A stretch of 24,730 nt of DNA, taken from NCBI GenBank assembly GCA_032249135.1, contig JAVVGL010000026.1, positions 1-24,730 on the forward strand, given 5' to 3'. A program made the position numbers and the translations under genes. Position 1 is the stretch's first letter, and the number at the start of each line of letters is the position of its first letter. This stretch comes from Candidatus Calescibacterium sp. GTDB lineage: Bacteria > Calescibacteriota > Calescibacteriia > Calescibacteriales > Calescibacteriaceae. Of this stretch, positions 16,895 to 24,730 are shown one piece after another. The notes under the pieces are model-generated. The model did not search any database. It saw only the letters and a program-made list of their open reading frames with translations, and was not told the origin of the DNA.

Positions 16895-19240
16895 TTATTG
16901 TTCAACGACGAAGAAATCAACTCTTCTGTTTATTGATCTACCTTCTGGGGTTTCATTTGAGGCTATTGGAAAATCTGAGCCTTTGCCAACAGGTATAAGA
17001 TTTTCTCTTGGAACACCAAACCGTGCTAAGACATCTGCTATAAACTCCGCCCTCTTTTGAGTTAAATTTCTGTCAAATTCCGGATCCCTCACCGGATCAG
17101 TATGAACCTCTATTCTTATTTTTTTCCCTTTGAGTTCCTCATTAATGAAATCTGCAAGCTCTTTAAGTATTCCCAAAGACACTGAAAGTACGGTAGCTTT
17201 TTCATGTTCAAATAATAATTTTTCTGGGAGAAGAATTCTGTTTGTCCCCTTCTCCATGATTATTTTTTTCCCTACCTCCTTGACCTTTACTTCTCCGGGT
17301 TCTACTGTTTCTATAACTTCCTGGATGGGTTCAAGAATGAAATCTACCTTCTTTTTCTCTCCTGGGGAGAGGACTACTTGAAATTCGGCTGGGTTATAAT
17401 TTGGTGCCGAAACTTTTATTTTATGCTTTCCTGGCGTCAGAACCATTTCAAACTTACCATCGTATGCGGAAAATGAAGGGGGAATATTTGTTCCTTCGGA
17501 TTCTATCCTTGCAGCATTTATTGATTTGCCATCAGATGATAACACTCGTCCGTAAATTACTGCACGTTGAACTACTTTTCTTAACCTTATTTCCACATTT
17601 TTTGTTTCACCTTTTGGTACCTCTACCTTTGTCGCAAAAACCTCATATCCTTCCTTCCTCACAATAAGTGTCCATTCTCCTGGTGGCATCTCGTAAGAAA
17701 GGAACTCGCCGTACTCATCTGTTGCCTGGGGGGTAAATTGAAAATCCGGGAAGGAAACTATTGCATCTTGAATGACCCCTCCTGTTGCATCATCTATCAC
17801 TCTACCTCTTATTCTTCCACCTTCTCCCACGAGAAATCTCCTTTCCCACGGAGCCCATATTAAGTTCACTCCAAAAAACAACTTCCAGAAAGGTGAGTTT
17901 CTGATTTCAACTTCTGGCTCTATTTTAGTTAAAGGTGGGACAATATATGCTCTTGATATATTGAAATCTCCCACTATGGAAAAGGACAACTCTTTTATTT
18001 CCTCTGGTATCCCTTTTATTATTTGTGTAATGAGAGGGATAGGTTTCCCTCTTATTCCTACTGATATATACATTGGCATATCAAAGAACCCCGCTAATTC
18101 TGGGACCGGAATGTAGTGCACGATAGAATATTCAACAAAACCTGAGATGAACTTTCCAATTCCTCTTTTTGAATTTCCCACATCTACTCCTACCGAAATA
18201 TCAATATGGTTATATGGTTCTATCATAAGCTGTGTTTCAACATAAGGTGGCAAATTTGGGCTATTTTGAGTCAGAATCCTTGAATTATCAATGTTATATG
18301 ATGAAGATAAGATTAGTTTTGGGTTGATAAGTGATAAAGTTTCTGATTTGATATCTTCATCAAAATCATATAATGCTGAAAAACCTATTCCCCACGATAC
18401 TGCACCAATTTCTGATCTTCTATATTGAGAAAGAAAAGCTACTTTTGGCCATAATGAGAAAGAAAGATTTCTTTTTTCAAAAAGATATGATATTTTTGGT
18501 GTTATAATAAAATCTCCCTGAACCTGCGCATTATCTTTAATCGCATCCTTTCCGGTAGGTTGAAATTCCAAGAATGCAGATGAATTTCTCACAGAGATAG
18601 ATATATCAGATGATATTATACCACCAAAAATTATTTTAGGTAAACCAGCAGATACATTTATATAGTTGTAGAACCCATAAGAATTAGATTTTTCAAAGCG
18701 CACCAACTCTCTTTTTTCCTTGAGAGCAAAATGATCTCTTGATATCACTATAACTTTGCTGTCTGGCGTGTTGAAGTATCCAAAGTAAGTTCCTATGGAG
18801 AAATTCAGTGTATCTAATGTCCTTGGAGAAACAGTTCTGAATAGCCCACCTGTACCTTCAAGTGATGGATCAGGATGGAAAAATTCCCATTCTTCAACCC
18901 TCTGTCTTTGCGAATATGATATGCTTGGAGAAATTATCGTATAAAAGATGTTCAATAATGTAGCAATAGCTAACGCAAATTTTGAGCTGTTATTGATATC
19001 AATTTTTTTTGTTCTTGTTTTCTCCCTTCTACCAAGAAAGAACATTAGTATTGAAAATACCATCATAAAACCTCCCCACCACAAAGAAGGTTTTTCCGGT
19101 AAGCTTTTTCCAGCTGAGAACAAATTTCCTGCGATGAAAATTAAAAACCCATACGTTCCAAGGACTATTGCAGACCATTCCCAAACACTCATCATCCTCT
19201 CCAGCTTTTCCTCTCTATTAAACTGACCTTCCTTCCCCAT
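16895..19240 (-). CDS. Predicted outer-membrane protein: N-terminal membrane module, putative beta-barrel, two carboxypeptidase-regulatory-like domains, C-terminal OmpA peptidoglycan-binding domain
   Basis: 781 aa; PSLEGTGGLFRTVSPRTL then amphipathic beta-strands; GRIRGRVID...TDEYGEF...PGEWTLIVRKEGY and IYGRVLS...DGKFEMVLTPGKHKIKVSAPNY; LLFE...IRIEVHTD...NLTQKRA...GKGSDFPIASNETPEGRSINRRVDF. Confidence 0.85.
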   Translation of the reverse strand: MGKEGQFNREEKLERMMSVWEWSAIVLGTYGFLIFIAGNLFSAGKSLPEKPSLWWGGFMMVFSILMFFLGRREKTRTKKIDINNSSKFALAIATLLNIFYTIISPSISYSQRQRVEEWEFFHPDPSLEGTGGLFRTVSPRTLDTLNFSIGTYFGYFNTPDSKVIVISRDHFALKEKRELVRFEKSNSYGFYNYINVSAGLPKIIFGGIISSDISISVRNSSAFLEFQPTGKDAIKDNAQVQGDFIITPKISYLFEKRNLSFSLWPKVAFLSQYRRSEIGAVSWGIGFSALYDFDEDIKSETLSLINPKLILSSSYNIDNSRILTQNSPNLPPYVETQLMIEPYNHIDISVGVDVGNSKRGIGKFISGFVEYSIVHYIPVPELAGFFDMPMYISVGIRGKPIPLITQIIKGIPEEIKELSFSIVGDFNISRAYIVPPLTKIEPEVEIRNSPFWKLFFGVNLIWAPWERRFLVGEGGRIRGRVIDDATGGVIQDAIVSFPDFQFTPQATDEYGEFLSYEMPPGEWTLIVRKEGYEVFATKVEVPKGETKNVEIRLRKVVQRAVIYGRVLSSDGKSINAARIESEGTNIPPSFSAYDGKFEMVLTPGKHKIKVSAPNYNPAEFQVVLSPGEKKKVDFILEPIQEVIETVEPGEVKVKEVGKKIIMEKGTNRILLPEKLLFEHEKATVLSVSLGILKELADFINEELKGKKIRIEVHTDPVRDPEFDRNLTQKRAEFIADVLARFGVPRENLIPVGKGSDFPIASNETPEGRSINRRVDFFVVEQ

Positions 19241-19310
19241 ATCTTTAATTTTAGGTTCTATTGTTAAAAAATTTAGTTTGAAAAATTAGCAAAATCACGA
19301 AAAATGAAAC

Positions 19311-19339
19311 TTGACAAAATTCAACTCCAATTATGAAAT
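19311..19339 (+). promoter_or_regulatory. Possible sigma70 promoter for tsaD
   Basis: Perfect TTGACA at 19311-19316, 17-nt spacer, weak -10 TGAAAT at 19334-19339, about 50 nt before the tsaD ATG. Confidence 0.3.
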
Positions 19340-19388
19340 TTCCTGATAAGATAGTAAAATTTTTTAGATTTTAATAGGTTTTTTAGCG

Positions 19389-20441
19389 ATGATAGTAGTT
19401 GGAATAGAGACTACTTGCGATGAAACATCGGTTGGAATATTAAGGTTTACTCAAAAGAAAAGGAAAAATAGCCGGTTGCCCGAAGTTGAGGAACTTGCTC
19501 TTATTACTTTGAGTCAAGATTTCCATTCAATTTACGGAGGAGTTGTCCCGGAGCTCGCTTCACGGGCTCACCTTGAAAACATAACGCTCGTTCTTAAAGA
19601 AGCTTTAAGAAAAGCAAAAATAGATATATCAGAAGTTGATATTATATCAGTTGCAAGCGAACCGGGACTTCCAGGCTCTCTTATTGTTGGTACAAGTTTC
19701 GCAAAAGGACTCGCACAATCGCTCTCAAAAAGCATCGTTGCTGTAAATCATGTTGAAGCTCACATAATTTCCCCACTGATAGAAAATGATTTGAAATTTC
19801 CCTTCGCATCTTTAATAGTTTCAGGAGGACATTCATCTCTTTACCTTGTTGAAGATATAGGCTCATATAAACTTTTACTCAAAACTCGTGATGATTCAGT
19901 AGGAGAAGTCTTTGATAAAGTTGCAAAGTTTTTCAGATTTGGATATCCCGGAGGACCGATTATAGATTACATATCAGCAGGAGCAAATAGCTTATTTTCT
20001 TTCCCTGAAATCCAGGTTGAAGATCTCAGTTTTTCTGGAATAAAGACTTTTTGTGTAAGAACTCCGATAAACTGGTTTGGTCCCTTTCCACTCCCCGAGT
20101 TTTTTTCCTCTTTCCAAAAGAAAGTAATAGACGAGGTGATAGATAAAACTATAAAGTCTTTAAAAAAGCTGGAAATTGAAATTAACACAGTAGCCGTTTC
20201 AGGAGGTGTTGCAAGAAATTCATATTTTCGCCGCAGAGTAAAAGACTTCCCCGAAATAAACTTTGTCTTCCCTTCACCAAAATACTGCACAGATAACGGA
20301 TCAATGATTGCATTCCTTGGCGGACTGAAAAAAATATTATTTTCACAAGAATCCGATCTTAATTTTGACATCCGCCCAACAGGAGTTCTAAAATCAAAAG
20401 GTGGAATAGATTGGAAATCTGATATTTTTTCTCCTTCATAA
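19389..20441 (+). CDS. tsaD: tRNA N6-threonylcarbamoyladenosine transferase
   Basis: GIETTCDET, YGGVVPELASRAH, NHVEAH, VSGGHS, TRDDSVGEVFDKVA, GYPGGP, SFSG, SGGVARN, CTDNGSMIA. Confidence 0.95.
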   Translation: MIVVGIETTCDETSVGILRFTQKKRKNSRLPEVEELALITLSQDFHSIYGGVVPELASRAHLENITLVLKEALRKAKIDISEVDIISVASEPGLPGSLIVGTSFAKGLAQSLSKSIVAVNHVEAHIISPLIENDLKFPFASLIVSGGHSSLYLVEDIGSYKLLLKTRDDSVGEVFDKVAKFFRFGYPGGPIIDYISAGANSLFSFPEIQVEDLSFSGIKTFCVRTPINWFGPFPLPEFFSSFQKKVIDEVIDKTIKSLKKLEIEINTVAVSGGVARNSYFRRRVKDFPEINFVFPSPKYCTDNGSMIAFLGGLKKILFSQESDLNFDIRPTGVLKSKGGIDWKSDIFSPS

Positions 20442-20454
20442 TAAATTCAAATAG

Positions 20455-21993
20455 ATGTTTCAAGCAAAAGAAGGTGTACTTATACCAACTCAAGAATTTG
20501 AAATAGATACAGATGTTGTTGTGGTGGGTTCAGGTCCGGGAGGTGCAGTAGTTGCGGAAAAACTTTCATCGTATGGCATAAAAGTCGTTGTTTTAGAGGA
20601 AGGTGATTATGTCAAAGCTGAGGATTTACCGAAATCAAGAAATGAAAGACCTTTGCATGCTTTCCAGAAAGTTTACAGAAACGGAGGTTTAACTGTTGCC
20701 TTCTCAACTCTACCCGGAAGACCTCCTGTTCCAATTCCATTAGGTATAGGAGTTGGTGGATCAAGTCTGATAAATTCTGGAACTGCTCTGAGAGCAAATC
20801 CAGAAACCTTTGAAAAATTCAAAAACTTCGGCATAAATATAAGTTATGACGATATAGAACCATTTTACGAAGAGGTAGAGAGGTTTTTAAATGTTTCTCC
20901 CGTATCAGAGGAAATTTTAGGAGTTCATGGTCGCGTTTTTTTAGACGCAGCAAAAAGGCTTGGTTTTTCATCAGGTCCCCTCACAAGAAATATGAGAGGA
21001 TGTAAGGGATGTGGTCAGTGTCAATATATATGTCCAGAAAATGCAAAACTTGCCATGCATATATCTTATATACCGAAGGCTATACGGCAAGGGGCAAAAG
21101 TAATAGTGAGGTCAAAAGTTTCAAAAGTAATAATACATAATGGTAGAGCAGTCGGAGTTGAGGGAGAAGCAAAAGTTCCCAAAGAAGAGGGGGGGTTTTT
21201 GAAGTTTAAATTCAGAGTTTTTGCAAGAGCGGTTGTTCTTTCTGCCGGAGCAATTTATACACCTCACATACTCAAAAAAAGCGGAATAAATTCTCCTGCT
21301 TGTGGGAAGTATCTTACAATTCATCCGGGAATAAGAGTCTCTGCTTTGTTTGATTTCAAAATAAATCAGTGGCTCGGAGTTCCACAAGGCTATTTTGTAG
21401 ATGAGTTTAAAAAGTATGGAATAATGATAGAAGGAGTAGCTGTTCCTCCTCTCGTTGGAGCTATGACTCTGCCCTTTTTCGGCAAAAAATTCAAAGACTT
21501 GATAGAAAAATATGCTTATGTTATGAGTACAGGAGTTATGGTCTCTGACTCTACTTTTGGCAAAGTTTTATCTTTACCCTTTTATGATGAGCCTATAATG
21601 ATTTATAATCTATCTAAAAAAGATGCTGAAAACTTCAAGTTAGCAATATACTATGCTGCCAAGATTTTCGCAGAAGCCGGAGCAAAAAAAATATTTCCTC
21701 ATATCTTTGGAGCAGATGAAATAACCCCAGATGAAATAGAAAAACTCAAAGATATGAGAGTAAAGCCATCTTATCTTGAACCTATGGCTTTTCATCCTCT
21801 CGGAACTTGTAGGATGGGAAAATCTGAGTTTTTTTCTGTCGTAGATGAAAATTGCAAACACCATTCGGTTGAAAATTTATTTATCTCTGATGGTTCTATT
21901 TTCCCGGTTCCGCTTGGGGTCAATCCACAACTTACTATTATGGCTTTTTCTTCAAGAACAGCAAAATTCATAGCAGAACAATATTTCTCTTGA
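20455..21993 (+). CDS. GMC-family FAD oxidoreductase (long-chain alcohol oxidase-like)
   Basis: VVVGSGPGG, VLEEG, GVGGSSLINSG, CKGCGQCQYICP, SAGAIYTP, HPLGTCRMG, DGSIFP, GVNPQLTI. Confidence 0.9.
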   Translation: MFQAKEGVLIPTQEFEIDTDVVVVGSGPGGAVVAEKLSSYGIKVVVLEEGDYVKAEDLPKSRNERPLHAFQKVYRNGGLTVAFSTLPGRPPVPIPLGIGVGGSSLINSGTALRANPETFEKFKNFGINISYDDIEPFYEEVERFLNVSPVSEEILGVHGRVFLDAAKRLGFSSGPLTRNMRGCKGCGQCQYICPENAKLAMHISYIPKAIRQGAKVIVRSKVSKVIIHNGRAVGVEGEAKVPKEEGGFLKFKFRVFARAVVLSAGAIYTPHILKKSGINSPACGKYLTIHPGIRVSALFDFKINQWLGVPQGYFVDEFKKYGIMIEGVAVPPLVGAMTLPFFGKKFKDLIEKYAYVMSTGVMVSDSTFGKVLSLPFYDEPIMIYNLSKKDAENFKLAIYYAAKIFAEAGAKKIFPHIFGADEITPDEIEKLKDMRVKPSYLEPMAFHPLGTCRMGKSEFFSVVDENCKHHSVENLFISDGSIFPVPLGVNPQLTIMAFSSRTAKFIAEQYFS

Positions 21994-22005
21994 TTTTCAT
22001 AAACT

Positions 22006-22626
22006 ATGCTTAAAGAGAAGATTTACCTGACTTTTTTGCTTTTCAAAAAAGATATTCTGTTTCTTTTTAGAGAGAAAATTTCTTTTTTTGTACCAATTGT
22101 TTTCGGATTTATATGCTCTGTTTTTCTATCGTTTGCTATACCGGGGAACCAAAATAGCATAACTATTATGTGGGTAGTTTTGATTTTCTCATCATTTTTT
22201 CCTGCAATTGAAATTATGAGAATTGAAACAGAAGAGGGAGCTATTGATGGTTTGATTAACTCACCAGTAGATAATGGAGTAATTTTTATTTCAAAGTTTC
22301 TGACCATGTATTTTTTGTTTTTGATTTTATCTTTGATTTTGCTTTTCCTTTTCGTTTTTTTTGCTAATCTGAATTTCTCTGCGAGATTAATTTTTGGTTT
22401 ATTCATTTCAGGTATAGGGATATGTTCTCTTTCTGTTCTATTTTCATCTTTTATTGTTGGTGAAAATATAAAAATTCCAATTTATATTCTTCTTTTACCT
22501 TTGTTTATACCACCTGTTGTTTCGTCAAGTTTAGGCTCATCTGATTGGATAAAAATTTCTTTTGGGTTCAGCGTAATAAATTTCCTGTTTTCATTTGCTC
22601 TGTTTGAAGTAAAAAAGTCTATTTGA
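22006..22626 (+). CDS. ccmB: Heme exporter protein CcmB-like membrane protein
   Basis: 206 aa, about six TM segments; FKKDILFLFR, MWV, ETEEGAIDGLINSP...IFISK, LLLPLFIP. Confidence 0.7.
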   Translation: MLKEKIYLTFLLFKKDILFLFREKISFFVPIVFGFICSVFLSFAIPGNQNSITIMWVVLIFSSFFPAIEIMRIETEEGAIDGLINSPVDNGVIFISKFLTMYFLFLILSLILLFLFVFFANLNFSARLIFGLFISGIGICSLSVLFSSFIVGENIKIPIYILLLPLFIPPVVSSSLGSSDWIKISFGFSVINFLFSFALFEVKKSI

Positions 22627-22629
22627 ATA

Positions 22630-22650
22630 ATAAAAAAATAATTTTTTTAT
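22630..22650. terminator. A/T-only inverted repeat between the convergent ccmB and methyltransferase genes; possible bidirectional terminator
   Basis: ATAAAAAAA-TAA-TTTTTTTAT with perfect 9-bp arms, giving a U7 run on both strands. Confidence 0.35.
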
Positions 22651-22654
22651 ATTT

Positions 22655-23423
22655 TCATTCTTTGATTCCGAGGGCAGTCCACGAGTTATTATTTGTATGG
22701 AAAATCTTTATATCTTTTAGTCCTTTCCCTTCTAACAAACTTAAAACTTCTTCTTTTTTCCAGTAGTTTGCAATTTCTGGTAAAAGCTGATCAAATACTA
22801 TTGAGTGAACATGCCAGAACCTAAAATTTGATATCATTTTCAGATATGGATGTTTCAAGTTCGGATATGTTTTCAAAAATAAAAAAAGCGGAACAGAAAA
22901 AAAGTAAGCTAAAAGATCCAGTATCCTTGGGGGTATTTTTGATGTTACATATTTGCGAATTGGGTTGATGTATTTTACTATCCACTCATTACCTTCATAT
23001 GCGTATACCCATATTAGAACAATTCCTCCTTTTTTAGCTGCTCTTACAAGATTTTTTATTGCTAAATTGGGATTTTCAAGATGATGTATAACTCCTTATT
23101 GAAAAGACAATATCAAATTCGTTTTCAAAATCTATCTCGTAAATAGATTTCAAAAGAACTTCTGCATTTTTGAATTGACTGAGATTTCTTCTTGCTACCT
23201 CAACTATTCTTTCATCATAATCAAATGCAACGACTCTTTTTGCTCCATAAACCAAAGGCCAGTATGAATTCCTCCCCGTTCCACAACCTGCATCTAAAAC
23301 TTCTTTCCCTCTGAAATCTTCTTTTTTGAGAGGATAAACCCATCTTAAAAATTGTATCTCATATTCAGGGATAATTCCGCCGTATTTTGACCACTCATAT
23401 CCAAATCTTTTAGGTGATCCCAT
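22655..23423 (-). pseudogene. Class I SAM-dependent methyltransferase split by a single +1 frameshift (255 aa if repaired)
   Basis: The 5' part has VLDAGCGTG and FDIVFSI. Removing one A at 23096/23097 continues as GVIHHLENP...KKGGIVLIWVY and joins the 22655..22876 ORF in frame. Span 769 nt = 256 codons + 1. Confidence 0.88.
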
Positions 23424-23438
23424 AACTTTAAATTTTGT

Positions 23439-24413
23439 TTAAAAAGAGCGTTTTAGAGTTTCTACGAATTTTTCTTTATCAAAATCATACGCTACTTTTA
23501 AAAACCCGTTTGGAGTTATTATTGAGTTTATCTTTCCTCTGAAAGATCTTGTATCCACATGAGAGTATGAAATAAAAGTTTTTATGCTGTCTTCATAAAA
23601 AAAGGAGAAGACCGCGAGAGGATCGTGAAGTTCTATCGTTTTTATACCTTCTGTTATGCTTTTTAAAAATTCTGATATTTTGGGGTTTTGAGATAATTTT
23701 ATCAGATCTTCTGTTTTCATCAGGGTTTTTGATGTAGCATCAAGTGGAACTACCACTACACATTTTTTTTCCTTTGCAAAATCAAATAAAAAATTTACAG
23801 CCACTGGATCGCAATATGAATTGAACTCAGCATAAGGTGTTATGTTCCCATCGTGAAAGAAAGCTCCGCCCATCCATACAATCTTTTTTATTTTCTCTCT
23901 CAAATTTTTATCTTGAATTATTTCAGCAACAGAAGAAAGAGGACCTGTTGCTATTATTCTGATTTCCTCATAATTTTGAAGTTCTTGTTTTAGTTCATCT
24001 AAATTCAAATCTTCTTTCCATCTTTCAGGTTTATATTTTAAAGAAGCACCTCTCAAACCATCTTCTCCATGAACTTTTTTTGCGTAAATTACTTCACCTG
24101 TAATTGAAGTTTCTCTACCTTTTACAACTTTTGCCTCAATTCCAAGAAAATCTCGGAGGAAAAGAGAATTTCTCAAAGTATGCTTCAGTTCAACATTCCC
24201 CCATGTTGCTACTATATATACTTCTTGTAAATTTTTTTCTTCTTCTTTTTCTCTTTTCTCATTTTTTTCTTTCAGAAGTCTTGAGAACAAAATGAGAGCT
24301 ATCGCATCATCTATTCCAGGATCGCAGTCAAAGATTAAAGCCTTTTTTGCTTTGTTTTTTCTTTCTTTTTTGTCTTCTTCCTGACTTTCTTTCTTCTTTT
24401 TTGCTGTGCTCAT
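23439..24413 (-). CDS. Inosine/uridine-preferring nucleoside hydrolase
   Basis: DCDPGIDDA, WGNV, VHGEDG, TGPL, WMGG, GNITPYAEFNSYCDP, VPLD, LHDP. Confidence 0.92.
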   Translation of the reverse strand: MSTAKKKKESQEEDKKERKNKAKKALIFDCDPGIDDAIALILFSRLLKEKNEKREKEEEKNLQEVYIVATWGNVELKHTLRNSLFLRDFLGIEAKVVKGRETSITGEVIYAKKVHGEDGLRGASLKYKPERWKEDLNLDELKQELQNYEEIRIIATGPLSSVAEIIQDKNLREKIKKIVWMGGAFFHDGNITPYAEFNSYCDPVAVNFLFDFAKEKKCVVVVPLDATSKTLMKTEDLIKLSQNPKISEFLKSITEGIKTIELHDPLAVFSFFYEDSIKTFISYSHVDTRSFRGKINSIITPNGFLKVAYDFDKEKFVETLKRSF

Positions 24414-24730
24414 TTTATTTCTACTTCACATTCAACTGCTTTTTCTTTGCTTTCTTTTATTAGGAAAACTTTGAAATTTTTTTCATCATTTTCCTCAATT
24501 GCGAAATCTATTTTTTCTTCAAGCTCAACAGGAGCTAAAAACTTTGCTCTTATTTTTTTTATTTTGTCAGGTGTGATATTTTTTTTCTCCATAAGGTGTT
24601 TTAGGCATAAAGCAAAGCTTAACATACCGTGAACTATTGGACGAGAAAAACCGGCTTTTTTTGCTGCATCAAAATTATAATGAATCTCGTTAAAATCTCC
24701 AGAAGCCCCAGCGTACATTACAAGCTGTTT
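24410..24730 (-). CDS. MaoC-family (R)-specific enoyl-CoA hydratase/dehydratase; 5' end beyond the right edge
   Basis: YAGASGDFNEIH...AGFSRPIVHGM hydratase-2 motif and KFLAPV. The frame stays open past ATG 24718 to the edge (KQLV-MY). ATGA overlap with the nucleoside hydrolase start. Confidence 0.88.
   Translation of the reverse strand, partial: KQLVMYAGASGDFNEIHYNFDAAKKAGFSRPIVHGMLSFALCLKHLMEKKNITPDKIKKIRAKFLAPVELEEKIDFAIEENDEKNFKVFLIKESKEKAVECEVEIK

Noticed and set aside
22655..22876. Independent 73-aa gene
   Set aside because: It is the in-frame C-terminal part of the frameshifted methyltransferase.

Overview
AT-rich (roughly 30-35% GC by eye), densely coding bacterial chromosomal segment. 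It comes from a probable diderm (LpxH-like, beta-barrel/OmpA and CcmB genes) whose proteins are very K/E/I-rich, which is thermophile-like (inference). It holds about 19 protein-coding loci, mostly housekeeping, in scrambled order: a beta-solenoid lipoprotein that runs off the left edge and is missing from the ORF track, a GH113 lipoprotein, enoyl-CoA hydratase, an Rpn-family PD-(D/E)XK nuclease, SbcC, acyl-CoA dehydrogenase, Ugd, an OppC/DppC permease, FtsI, PstB, a spermidine-synthase-like methyltransferase, an LpxH-like hydrolase, PGM/PMM, a beta-barrel/CarboxypepD_reg/OmpA protein, TsaD, a GMC oxidoreductase, CcmB, a frameshifted SAM methyltransferase, a nucleoside hydrolase and a MaoC dehydratase that runs off the right edge. 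I saw no rRNA, tRNA, CRISPR array, integrase or phage genes. The best leads are: (1) the Rpn gene has a nested in-frame SD+ATG (RpnS-type antitoxin) while the long form has no in-frame ATG/GTG start; (2) the outer-membrane OmpA protein carries an N-terminal two-helix membrane module ahead of an internal signal peptide, a possible cleaved polyprotein; (3) five normally operonic genes stand alone; (4) a divergent pair of surface lipoproteins. None is shown to be a new system; all family calls come from motif recognition without database searches.
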